From the human T2T-CHM13v2.0 reference genome, Homo sapiens: a stretch of 64,000 bases of DNA. The notes below the pieces were generated by a model. The model was given only the letters and a program-made list of their open reading frames with translations. It was not told where the DNA came from and searched no databases. A program made the position numbers and the translations under genes. The stretch is taken from assembly GCF_009914755.1 (NCBI RefSeq), contig NC_060927.1; one strand, 5' to 3'. Below are positions 40,427 to 55,535 of this stretch, one piece after another (the first letter of the stretch is position 1; each line of letters opens with the position of its first letter).

Positions 40427-41599
40427 TTCAAGACTTTTTATTCCCATCTTCAAGAAAATAATTAAAGTGATAAAGCATAAAAATATGCAAAATAGTGGAC
40501 AAAGGTAGTTAAGAATCAACATCATACTGTAGAAAAGGCAGTTATTTTTGTAATCTGGTTGTTAGCAAATTCTCAGATTTTAGAGTTCCATTCTCCTGAT
40601 TTTGTCTAATTTAAGGTTATTTTTGTAAAGTAGGTGTGGTACAACTGCCAATTGCTATTCTTGAATTTCTTAGTAAAATACAGGAGATGCTGTAGTCAAA
40701 TACACACTCTTCATTTCTGATTTGAGCTTCTCCATCAAATTAACATGCACTCTCTTACCAAAACAAGCTAGATGGGAAATAGAAAATTGCAAGGCTACTA
40801 CCATATCTTTCTTGCTCTTTTGCTTTAAAATTTAATTTTAAAAAGTTTATTTCAAATAATTCAATTGGAACTAGCTCCTCAAGGAGATTTTTGGGGTGAT
40901 ACTAGAAAGGGAGTTAAATACAGAAAGGAAAAAAAGCTCAGCAAATACTTACCACAACCCTTTGGCTCTTGTGGCTGCCTGACAATCATCTCTTCCCAGA
41001 AATAACCAGCTTACCATTGAACAGTTATTCTTTATGCAACCAGCATCACAGTGCTCTACTTTGCTTGGAAGGAATGATGGCATAATGTAGGGATTTATAT
41101 AAATATTAAGCATTAGCTAATGGTTTCACCACGTGTTTGGAAAATTGAAAGGAGTATCAATGGGGGATAGTGGCAAGAAGATCTAGAATAAAAATCTAGA
41201 TGAATCTCTCAAAATTAGCCCCCCAGTGCTCACCTCAGTCATTGTAAAGACTATTCTTAATAATCAAGTGGGTAGGATGTTTACTCTGATTTTGTAGTCA
41301 TTTACCAAGGCTATCCTAGTGCTTTTTAAAGGAGTTCTTAAAGAAAGTGGTTATATTTGTGGGATATACTTCATCGTAGGCTCAAGAACACACACTTCTC
41401 GCCAATGCTGTCCCTATTTCTACTATTGAGACTCCCATTTACCAGAGAGCAGCTACTAACCTAGAGCATTCATACAGTTTTATACTTCTGTGACCATCCA
41501 GCTATCTGGTAGCAGATTGATTACAATGGAACTTCTTTTCTTCTAAAGAATGCATTTTTAATTGCCGTCGCCAATTGGCTTATTAAGGCAAAAATGATG

Positions 41600-42720
41600 G
41601 ATATAACAGTACAATAGAAATATCAGTGTGGAAATTAGAAAACCTGGAGTCAAAGCTCAGCTTTACAATATTTATTTATTTACAATAAGCCCTCTCAGTC
41701 ACAATGTTCTTCACTTTTACAATAAGAAAAATAATCCCTATCTCCAGTGTTGCTATGATCATTAAATGAGATTTTTTAAATGAAAATATTTACAAAATGT
41801 AAAGCAGCATAAGTAAGTGAGCAATTACTATTAATAATTAATGGACCTTTGAGTATATTTCAGCTTGTTTTTCAGAAAACCAATCAAAGAAAGACAGCAT
41901 TTATTCTTTAATCCAATAAACATTTATTAAATTATTACTCTGTGTCTGGAAATATTTTAGGTAATAAAAATAAAACAGTAAACAAAACAAAATTTCTACT
42001 CTCATAAAGCTCATGCTAGTGGTCACATAGAAAATAAACAAAATGCAAGTAAATGTAAAAAATTAAGGTTACTTCAGAATTTTTTTAATGTTGGTAATAC
42101 AGTAAATGAAAGTGATGTGGAATAGGGTCACTGGGAGAGTTCCTTTACTTTGCATCTGCAAGGAATGGCTGTTAGAATTAATAAGGAGCCAACAGTAGAA
42201 ATGAAGAATTTGCCTATGAATGTAGTCAAGTAGGTATGTCAGATAAGAACATGGTGTTCAAAAGAGGAGTTTAGGCTCAGACATAAATTTGGGAGTTTTC
42301 AGCATCTGGAAGCTGTCTAAGGCCATTGAAAAGCATGAAATAAACTAATGAGAAAATGCTTTACAAAAATTAGAAATAATCTCATGTGTGAGTCATGGGA
42401 AATTCATGTATTTATAGATTAGATGGAAGAGAAGAAATTGCAAAAGAGAGTAAGATTAAATGGCTAGAGAGGTAGGGGGAAAAAACGCAAAGTATGAAGT
42501 CATGGGGCAAAAGAACAGAGTGTTTCTGGAACAAATAAGTGATCAGTTATGTTAAATACTGCTAAAATTTTCAGAATTATGAAGAAATAAATGTAATTTT
42601 TGGATTTGGCAATACACAGGATATTGGTGACCTCAAGAAAAGCAATTGTATGGAGTTTAAGTGGTGCAAGATAGATTAGCTGTCTGAGGAATCAGTGGGA
42701 GTTGAAGAAAGGTGGATTCC
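41600..42720. mobile_element. MIR (+, about 41600-41840) followed by L2 (-, about 41895-42720)
   Basis: gaaaacctggagtcaa...gatcattaaatgag; aataaacatttatt...ataaatttgggagt...ttggatttggcaa...tggtgacct. Confidence 0.65.
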
Positions 42721-44306
42721 ATGTCGAAAAGATTACAAAGACAGATCCAGTAGGTCCCATATCCATGAAACAGGAATTCCAAAAGGCAAGAACTAAGATG
42801 ACAGAATAGGAAAAAATAAACGTGTAACAGATTAGTCGACTTCAAATACAAATTTGAATCTTCAGAATTATAGGACTCATTAAGTTGCAGATACTTTTTT
42901 CAACTTTTTATTATAAAAAAGTAAACCTAAATAAAGGAAGACAGAATAGGTTAATGAGTCCTCATGTACTATGTACCCCCATCATCCAGCTATAATTATT
43001 AGCCTTTAACCAATCTGATCTACATCTTAACCAATTTTCTTCTCCCAAATTGTTTTGAATTAAATTCCAGGTACCCTGTTATTTCCTCTGTATATATTTT
43101 AGTATTTATTTCTAAGACAAATAAAAACTTTAAAAAAGCATAACCATTATGATTTGCAAAAAATGAATTGATAATATTCCTTCTTATCGTCAAATATTAA
43201 GTCTATTGCTTGAATTTCTAATGGTCTCATCAATGTTATATATTTTTTTCAATATGTTTGAACCAAGATCCAAATATGGCCCTTGCATAGAAATTGGTTG
43301 ATAAGTGTCTTAAGTGCCTTTTATAGGTTTCCTCTCTGTTTCTTTGTTTTTACAATTATTTGTTGGAGAAACTGTGCTTTTTAATTCTGGAGTTTTTCAT
43401 TATGAAGTCTGTCAATTGCCTCCCTGACGTGTTGAATAAAAAGATCTTATAATCTTTGTATTTCTTAAAGGTTAATATGGACCTGAAGGCTTGACCAGAA
43501 AAAGATTGATGCATTTTTGTTTGTTTGTTTTGCCAATGCTGCTTCATAAATGCTCCTATTAGAAAGCATACAATGTCTGGGTTTTTGTCTTTTTGTGATA
43601 TAAAATACAATTGATCATCAATGCCTAGATTCATTATGGTTTGAAAAATGGTGGTATTCTGATTCTATCACTCATTCGTTATTATCTAGAATCCTTCTCT
43701 AAAAGAAAATTTCCTTCATTGTTATCTGGTTACCTGGTGGTACAGTTATATAGGAAATGCAGAGTAGATGCATGAGTCTTTTCCCTATTTACTAGTTTTC
43801 AAAATTATGAGTTGGTTCACTAATATTCCATATACTTATTTTTACGTCATACAGACTTATAGATCTAAGCATTTATCTTATTTATCTTATTAATGCTCAA
43901 AATTTTTATCATTGATGTACATCGCCTCTTTGGGTTGACCCCTAAGTTCTTTTGAACCCTAGTAGTATTAGAGAGTTTCCTTGCCACATGGTATGGCAAA
44001 GTACACTGGATTACCTTATATAATTTCTTCTCCGGACCTGAAGCCAGCCATTTCTCCAGGGCCTCTGATTCCTTTCAGTGGATAATAGCATGTGGTGACC
44101 ACCAGCTGGATGCTAAGAGCCCTAGAGCTTAAAGTATACATTTAAAAAAAAAAAAAAAGTAGGAACCAAAAAAAAAAAAAAAAAAAGAGTGTACACTATG
44201 AATGGGTTGGTCGTTTTCTTCCTGGCTTTTTTTCTTTTTATTCAGAGTTAGGAAATACTTTTATTTTTTAAAGGAAAATTCATCATAAATTTGCGCTGGT
44301 ACTTTT

Positions 44307-45360
44307 TGACACAGGATTCTTTCAGTGAAGCTTTGCCGGCCGGAAATCTCCATGGCCGGCCTTGCCTCTGCCCGGTCTTCACTGAAGCCTGCTGGGCTCT
44401 CTCCACCTACTTGGTCCATCAGTCTGTGCTTGGCTCATCCTAGCAACCTGGATCCCGCACCCGCTATGGCACCGTGCTTGGCTGGAGGCTGGTCCGAGCG
44501 TCCGTGACTAGCTTCCACCTTCGGCGCCAGCTTTTGGACAAGGGGAACGCAGTGGCACCCAAAAACTCGGAGACATCAGCAACCACGGAGGCCCAAAGAG
44601 GTGTTACAGCTTCTGCTCAGGGAGTCCCAGCTAGGGAATGAAACAGTTCTGTCTCTTATTCCCGCCGCTTGCAACTTGGTGAACAGGGGCATGTTATAGC
44701 TTGTCCATTCTCTCCTCCCATGGCTTGGCAAACAGGGGCGTGTTACAGCTCTGGCTTGAGGAGTCCTGAGGTCTGAGCCCCCAGAAGGGTTGCAGCTCTT
44801 CACTCCCATGTGTGGCAAATGGGAGCAGGTTACAGCTCTTTGCATTCACACCGCAGGCAGCTCCGTGAGCTGGCCAGGAGCATGTTACAGCCCCTTTTTG
44901 CTTCCACTGTTGGATGGGTTCTGGATTCTTGTCCCATGACCAAGAACAATGAGGTATGCAGACACTGGAGAGTGAGAAAGGCAGAGAAGAATTTTACTGA
45001 GCAATACAAAAGCCCTTGACAGTGAGAGGGGACCTTAAGTGGGTAGCCCCCTGTGTGAGAAGGGGCCTGAAAGCAGGTAGCTCGTCTGTGTGGCTGAGTC
45101 AAGAGTTTTTATAGGTTTGAAATGAGGAGGCGCAGGTTGTAGGTAGCTTTGGAAGAGGCAACATTTGATTGGTTAAAAAACATTATTCAAAAAGAACCAA
45201 TGAGGAAGGAGTGGGAAAAAAGTTCTCACTCCAATCACGGACTCTATCCGGAACTGCAGCTTGATTTTCAGGCTTTAATTTTTTTTTGGTTTGAAGGTTG
45301 GGTTTCACTGGGGACTCACCTCTGTCTGCCTAGGAATTTGTCTGTCTCCTGCCACTATCG
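44307..45360 (-). mobile_element. ERV1 solo LTR, LTR28-like (LTR27/28/MER52 group)
   Basis: Minus start (c)gatagtggcaggagacagacaaattcctaggcagac, end tgtgtca; repeated gctgtaaca in U5; flanks ctttt / ctttc. Confidence 0.8.
44993..45235 (-). promoter_or_regulatory. LTR U3/R core: CCAAT boxes, TATA, AP-1 site, variant poly(A) signal
   Basis: Minus CCAAT 45168-45172 (plus-strand CCAAT at 45197 and 45231); minus TATAAAA 45107-45113; TGAGTCA 45095-45101; minus AGTAAA 44993-44998. Activity not shown. Confidence 0.45.
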
Positions 45361-45996
45361 CTTTCAATTCAAATGAAAGATTACGAGGGATTTTACTTAA
45401 CCATTTCATTGTTACAATTGCATCTCCTTTTACTTATTCTGAGAATTCTCATTCTCAAAAACATAAGGGAATTATAGAATTAGAATATCACATAGTATTC
45501 ATAATTTTTGCCCAAAAATATACCCACAACAGATTCAGACTAATAATACCAACAATTCACTTATAATTACTAAAAATGTTTTTAAAATTTATTTTAACTT
45601 TTGGGTATATCCTTCTAGGGAGCTACAATCAAATTACTGTTCCTTAAAATTACTTGGAACAACATTGTGCCATCAACTAAATGTACAGTAAGTTTACTTT
45701 AAAGCTTTTATTTTCATTTTTTAAGGATTGCTTTAAAATCATTTTATTTAGATTCATGTAAAATTTAAATAAACAAGATATATCCAAAGAAATTTAGATT
45801 CTATTCCTTCCTGTTTCTTTATATTCTTTTTCTCCTTTTAAAGGAAATTACTCTGTTTATTATGGTTATTTTTCTATTGTTTGCTTTTTAAGACAAAAAA
45901 TAGGTATTTGTCTTCATATCTTTCCATTCTGTGCTAATTGATAGCATTCCATGTGCAATTTTCTTCACCTTGCTTTTTCTGTTTTTGCTTTTTTAA

Positions 45997-46371
<375 letters not shown>

Positions 46372-46847
46372 TAACACTCTACTTTGTGGGTGTACCCATA
46401 GTTAATATAATTAGCTCAAATGAAGGACATTTGGGTTTCTACCAGGTCATAATCTAGCAATAAATAGCTTTGTGTAAATGACCTCATATTTTTGCCAGCA
46501 TATCTTTGGGAAAATTCTTAGAAGTGAATTGCTGGTTAAAAGGTAATGTATAAATAATTTCACTAGATAGGAACAAATTACCTGCCATAGAAGTTATATA
46601 TTATGTATTCATATGAACAATGTATGAGAGAGCCTGGTTTCCCATTGGCCTCATTGATAGATAATCTTGTCAAAGTTCAGATTTTAATAGCAGGCAAAAC
46701 TAACAACCATGACACATCTAGAATATATCTTAGCAAAATTTGGGTTTTTAGGACAGAAAGAAAATCTGCACACATTTTTTGCAGGTGGGAAACTTTCTCC
46801 CTCTTGGACTTATCAATCTAAAATAGGTTACCTACCAGGGAGTTAGG

Positions 46848-46849
<2 letters not shown>

Positions 46850-46891
<42 letters not shown>
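46850..46891. repeat. (AC)21 microsatellite
   Basis: Uninterrupted dinucleotide run. Confidence 0.97.
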
Positions 46892-46893
<2 letters not shown>

Positions 46894-47441
46894 CTACTAA
46901 AGATTCTCAGTAACATTAAATGCAAGACATATTGGAATAGTTTTTTTTCAAAGTTTTAAGGAGATTATTGCCACCAAAGCATTCTATAATCTATGTAATT
47001 ATATTTATTAAAGCTTTATAAATAAATTTTAGACAGGCAATAATTTGGAAAGTAGACAAACCAAATAGCTTTCCTGAAAAAATTGCTGACAAATCTTCTC
47101 TAGCTACTTAATAAATGAAGCCAGATAAATATCTACATTATATAAGAAAATTGAGTAGCAGAAAATAATTATGAAATATGTGGTAAATGTTAATTTTAAA
47201 GAGAGAACACAATTAGAACACAAAAACCATGAGTCGAGTGTGGAATAAAAGAAACAAATACACATAAGCTAACTTTCTTATCCTGCTGATGGGAAATTCA
47301 CGAGTTTCTTTTCCATTTTTTATTTTAATAGAGAAATAAAAGCTCAATTTAAAAAAGTTAATTTAACTTAAAGGTAAACATTGAAAATAACTGTGGGTAC
47401 ATCCACAATGTAGAGTGTTACGCAATTCTAAAAGGGAATGA

Positions 47442-47512
47442 GGGCTGGGCAGGGTGTCTCACACCTCTCATCTCAGCACTTTGGGAGTCCAAGGCAGGTG
47501 GATCACTTGAGA
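47442..47512 (+). mobile_element. Alu 5' fragment (about 70 bp)
   Basis: ggctgggc...cagcactttgggagtccaaggcaggtggatcacttgag then a short A run. Confidence 0.8.
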
Positions 47513-47769
47513 AAAAAATGTTGAGACAACTTGAGTCATATAGCAATATTAGAGAAGAGAAATAAAGCAAGAAAGCAAAAGAAAAAAGAAAAAAACCCAA
47601 ACCCAAGTAAGAACAACAGCAACATCAACAAAAGAAAACTATGCTATTTGCATCCAACACACCTAAGACGAAGTGATTCACAGGGAAATATTAAAAATAA
47701 AGGAGTACACATCAGGAATAGTGAATATCTGTTATATTTTCTTGTTATCTATTTTTGAAAACTTTTCTA

Positions 47770-50150
<2,381 letters not shown>

Positions 50151-50329
50151 CAGTAAGACAAAATACATGTCAAAAGACAGGAGATCAATTTCATGGAAAC
50201 AGAAAGGCTTACTCCCTTATTGAAATTTGAGTTCCAGCAGTAAGCAGCTTCCAAGAAAAATCTCTGTAAAGGTAAAGGGAAAGTTACTGTAACTTGGATT
50301 TTGAAAGTAACGTATATTACAATTGAGAG

Positions 50330-51088
50330 TGAGGACTAAGCTCTGATTTTTTATCTTGCCCAAATTCCTGCCTAAGATGTCTAGAGAGCCATGCCCTAGA
50401 AACCATAAATTCTCATCAGATGGGTTTTATTTGGCCTTATATATTGTGACTTACTTTTCAGTCTAACTCTAGAATAACATTATGAGACAAGGAAAAAATA
50501 TTTAACCCCAAAATATATTTCCTTGCCATACATCGAAATTGCCCTGCAAAGTCTCTTGTGGTAAAAATCCACATTCTATAGAGAATCCGCTTCTCCCTTT
50601 GTTTTCCGTCCTTTCTTTCCAGATCCAGGAGATAATCAACTAAGAGCCAGGCACCCTTTTAGGTCTGATAAGAAATATTTTAGAACCTGCTCTCTCTCTG
50701 AAGTCTCCTATCTGAGAGATTTCTCTGCACAATAAAACTTGGTCCTCTAAATCCTTTTTCTTAACCCGAACATTCATTTCCATTAATCCCAGGTCTTCAG
50801 ATAAACTCAACCAATTGTCAACCAAAAAATGTTTAAATTTACCTATAGCCTGGAAGCCCCCGCTTTGAGTTGTCCCACGTTTCTGAACCAAATCAATGTA
50901 TTTCTTAAATGTATTTGATTGATGTCTCATGCCTCCCTAAAATATATAAAACCATGCTGAACCCTGACCACCGTGGACACATGTTCTCAGGACCTCCTGA
51001 GGGCTGTGTCATGGGCCATGGTCGCTCATATTTGTCTCAGAATAAATCTCTTGAAATATTTTACAGAGTTTGACTCTTTCCTTCAACA
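50330..51088 (+). mobile_element. MER4E-like ERV1 solo LTR
   Basis: tgaggactaagctctgattttt...aataaatctc...ttttacagagtttgactcttt...aaca; 4-bp TSD agag on both sides. Confidence 0.88.
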
Positions 51089-51110
51089 AGAGTATAACTT
51101 AATTTACTAT

Positions 51111-51498
51111 TGCTATGTACTGAATGTCCCTGAAAAGTTGTGTGTTGAAACTTAATTGCCAATGTCATAGTAATAAGAAGTGGAGCTTTTGGGAGGTAAT
51201 GAAGTCATCACAGTGGAGGCTTCACAAATGGGATTAGGGTCTGTATAAAACTCACTTCAGGACATGGATTTGTTCTCTTCTGCTCTTTCCTGACATGTGA
51301 GGATACAGCATATGTCCCCTTTGGAGGATACAACAGGGTATCTTGGAAGCAGAAAGCAGCTCTCCCCAGGTACCAAATGTTCTGGTGCCTTGGTCTCAGA
51401 ATTCTCAGCCTCAAGAACTGTGAGAAAATACTTGTATGTTCTTTATAAATTATTCAGGCCGTGGTATTATGTTAGAGCAGCACAAACAGGCTACTACA
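51111..51498 (+). mobile_element. MSTD/MLT1A-like MaLR solo LTR
   Basis: tgctatg...cagcctcaagaactgtgagaaa...gcagcacaaacaggctactaca; flanks actat / tctat. Confidence 0.85.
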
Positions 51499-52329
51499 TC
51501 TATTGTTTCTTTTTGGGTAAATTTCTAGAAAATCCTGTATTGAGGAAAAAGAAGCTGGCACCAGATCGGGACTTGCAGTGGTACATTTGAGCTTGAAGAA
51601 AAATCAACCAACTTTAGAAGCACATCTTAGAATGGGGGCAGTTTGACAGTAGAGGCAGGCTCAAAGAGTGTGTCAATCTTGTATGTGATTCAGGACAGTA
51701 TTGTGAGAGCCAATTTGATTGCAACAAGCAATTTAGTTAGCACTGACATTCTATAATTAATTTGTCAATAAATTTTCCTTCATATGTTTTGCCATAAACA
51801 AAATAAACTGTGCAAATAAAGTCTCAGGAACAAGGGCCATGAGAGGTTCATAAGTGAGAGCAAGTCAGCTGGTGGCTCTCTGACAGCCAAAAAAAAAAAA
51901 CTATTTTACTATATTCTAGAGAAATTGTTAACTTATTGTGGATATAAAGATTCATGAAACTTTTGCACCTCCATTCTTAGATAGGTTTTCTGCAGAAGTG
52001 CCATAAACTTTCAGCAATACTTCAGATAAAAACATCTAGCATTATGAGACACAGTCAGATTAGATAACTCCTTTTCTTAGGACTATTTTCTTATCACTTG
52101 TGCTGTTATATTATATGGCCTATTCATGAATATACATACAATTCAGCTTCTTCTGCTGATCCTTACTTTAATATGATTCCTTTTATTTTAGAGTTGCGAT
52201 AATTAGAATATGGAACAGAATGAGAGTTATTATTAAGACATACCTTTAATTATTTAAAAATGTAAATATAAAGAACATTAGAAAAATAATAAAACACTCA
52301 AATTTCATTTAAGATTAAGTAAATTAATA

Positions 52330-53000
52330 TTTCATTAATTGTTCCAGATTTTTAAAATATGACATATATATCCAATGCCATTTCTATATTCCTTCAGCCT
52401 ACTCCCTCTCCTGAGAACACTAACCTGACATTTTGGGGTATTTACTTCCTATAATATGTGTCAATATACAATATGTTATATTATTATGTATACTTGAATA
52501 TATGCATGCCTCCTTGCAAATATAAATCTAGAGTTGGATCCTACTTCCATCTTCCTCACCACAACAATTGTCCATAAATTTACCTATAAATTAGCAATAA
52601 TATTTCTCCTATTTTTTTCCTGAGATTTATCTATAATATATGCATCTAGTTCACTCATTAATACTAAGGTATGGGATTTCATTATGTAAATAAACTATGG
52701 TTATTTATCTTTCTCTAACAACTAAGAAACAGATTATATTTCCCTTTTCCACTATTCCTAAGTGTTGTAGTATCAGCTTCAAACTTGTATCCTTGTGTAT
52801 GTGTGATATTATCTCTACAGTGGACACCAAGAAATGGTATTGTCAGATAGTCTCCAAAGTAACTAAAATTCTACATGTTCACCAGAAGTGTGTAAAAGTT
52901 TCCTTTCTGCTATTTTTTCACTAATACTTGCTGATAACTGACATATACATTTTTTTCTAATTTGTTGTATAATAGCATTTTTTCATTTTAAATTTTGTTT
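52330..53000 (-). mobile_element. Old L1ME-like 3' fragment
   Basis: tctagttcactcatt...ttccattatg-like and ctaatacttg motifs, antisense; degraded. Confidence 0.45.
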
Positions 53001-53007
53001 TACTCCA

Positions 53008-53316
53008 GTGATAGGCAGGCCAATGGTTCCCTGACATTGTCCATATTCTAATTCCAGGAACCTGTAAATATGTTATCTTATATTGCAAAAGGGACCTTGC
53101 AGATATGATTAAAACTTTTCAAATAGGAAGATTATTCTGGATCGTCTAAGTGAAGCCAATAAAATCACGGGTCCTTATAAAATGGAAGACAGAGGCGGAA
53201 GAGTCAGAGGAGATGTGATGACAGAAGCAGATGTGAGAATGATTCAATTGCTTGTTTCAAACATGAAGAAGGGCCACAAACCAAGGAATGAGGGCAGCCT
53301 CTAAAAGCTAGAAAAG
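53008..53316 (+). mobile_element. MLT1D/MLT1C-like MaLR LTR, 5' part
   Basis: gaacctgtaaatatgtta...gggaccttgcagatatgattaa...ccaaggaatgagggcagcctcta. Confidence 0.8.
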
Positions 53317-53603
53317 TCATTGTTTTTTATTGAATGGTGGACATCATGCATATCAAATTGTAGAGGTCAGATGATATGATATTCCTCCAGAGAGGATTAA
53401 CTCCTATGTGAATCAGTTGAGGTGAAGGATGTTAACGTGATCAGAACGCTAGTCCTTGTCTTCTTGGCATGGTGGTTTCCAGAAAATTCTACTCTGCTTT
53501 TCTGAGCCCTTCATTTCCTCACTTGGCAGACCTTCAGCATCCTTGCCTGCATAGCTTCAGAACTTTGCAAATGTCTTGAGGAGAAAACCGTCAAGTCTCC
53601 AGC

Positions 53604-54172
53604 TGAAACCATTCCTATAAAATTTATAAAATTAATCAGGGAAGAAGAGAAGGGGAGAAATGAAAATCAACAAAGCTTACAGCATGTTTGGCATTAATCA
53701 TTAGTTTATCTTGCTCTCTGATCTGCTTTCTCATAGTTGTACACTGCTTCTTGCCCCAGAATCACATAGGCCATGTCACTCCTTAACTGCTCTATAGGTA
53801 ATAACTTGAACATGGTGAAATATTAGTTTTTCATTTGAGATATTCTTTTAGGTGGTATATACCAGTGAAATTACTGATGTCAGCTAGTCTGAAGGACCCC
53901 AAGAGAAGCTGACTCACCAAATAATGCAGTTTCTACATCCCGTTGATTTCATCCCCTTTACCACAACCAATCAATCACCCCAGTTTTCCAGCCCCTTTAT
54001 GATCCTTTTAAAAACTCCAGCCCAGAACTCCTCAAGGAGATAGATTTGGGGGTCTCCTCCCATCTCCTCTCTCAGTGCCCTGTGATCATTAAACTCTGCT
54101 GCAAATCCTGCTGTCTCAGTGTATTGGTATGTTATGACTCAGTGGGCATATGAACATGTTAGTCATGAAACA
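53604..54172 (+). mobile_element. LTR26-like ERV1 solo LTR
   Basis: tgaaaccattcctataaaatttataaaattaatcagggaagaag...attaaactc...aca; flanks cagc / caac. Confidence 0.8.
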
Positions 54173-54346
54173 CAACTACAGAAACATTATGCCTTCAGTT
54201 TTATTTTTACGTCTTTTTAGACCACCAAAAATTTATGCTGGATTTTCTATTCTTAGAAGGATTTTTCTTTCTGTGTAAAAATACCAATTCTTAGCCGTTT
54301 GCCCTGTTTCCTAAATCAGCAATTGGACTAAGAAGAAAGTAGTGCA

Positions 54347-54490
54347 TGCTGGGCACAGTGGATCATGCCTATACTCCCAGCGCTTTAGGAGGGTAAGGCA
54401 GGGGAATCACTTGAAGCTGGGAGTTTGAAACCAGCCTGGGCAACACAGTGAGAATTTGTCTTGAAAGAAAGACAGAAAGAAGGAAAGAAA
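54347..54490 (+). mobile_element. FLAM-like Alu monomer with (GAAA)-rich tail
   Basis: gctgggcacagtgg...ccagcctgggcaacacagtgaga then GA-rich tail. Confidence 0.85.
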
Positions 54491-55535
54491 GAAGTAGCTG
54501 CAAAATGTCAGCTCATGGCTCCACTGTCTCCAAACTCCAGACCCCTTGGATTTTATTGCCTCTGTTGTCCTCCAGTAACACCTCCAAACATGTAATTCTT
54601 GTTTTTATTCAGCTTTTCCTATTGTCTTCACAAGGAATATTAGTCTGCTACAAACTACTCTAGCTTACCTATAATTAGGTTATTGTCCTATTACATAAAA
54701 TTCTTGTTTGTCATATCTCCTGAATCAACAGGTACTCCTGTTTGTCATGTCTCCTGAATCTTGCTTAGGTACATCTTTTTTTTCCATGTATTTTGTTAAC
54801 TTTTATTGCAAACTAACTTTTAGCAAGGTTTGCTTTCTCTATTAGTCTTGTGTGGCGTGAGTTGAAATCAGGTCTCTCCTTAGGCACAGCCATTCAAGTA
54901 TTATGGAATTTTTCTGGGGTCTCAAGTGGTATGGTTCCAATGCTACTTTTCAGTCCCTACATGAACATTAAAACCCAAGTCTCTAGATTAATAGTACTGA
55001 TTCTTTCTCTCTGGGTACCTTCAGTGTTCTTTCATATGCACATAAGATTGTTTTTCAGAATCATCTTGATGTTTAACATCTGAGATTTCTCCCACTTCCC
55101 ACCTTCTTCTCAGGTTAAATTATGTGTCAAAAACAAAATATGTTATATTTTATCTAGTTTTTCTAAATGTTGGAAGTTTTTAATGTAATAGTCTACCAGT
55201 TTGGTTTTTCTATGGATTATTAAAAAAAGGATTAGAAAAGCTAATTTGTTAAAAAAAAAAGTCTTTGTAATCCAGTAAACCATTTTAGGCAATTGAAAAT
55301 AAGTATATTTGTTATACAAATTAGAAAATAATTTTATTTTTCATATTTATTGAATAGATTGTTAGAAATATTTTTGGTCTGATTTCAGTTATTTCATATG
55401 CTTGAAAGAAAGATGCCAAGATGCAAGAAACAAAGCAAGGTAAAACAAATATTCCATAATTATGATTTATCACCCATCCAAATCACTGAAGTTATACAAA
55501 GTTTTAGTTATACCAAGAACATAATTTTATTTATT

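Noticed and set aside
40945-40954. U1 snRNA pseudogene (atacttacc)
   Set aside because: Match stops after 9 nt; better read as a minus-strand 5' splice site
44512-44528. CTCF motif in the LTR (minus gccgaaggtggaag)
   Set aside because: Mismatches at several conserved core positions; too weak to call
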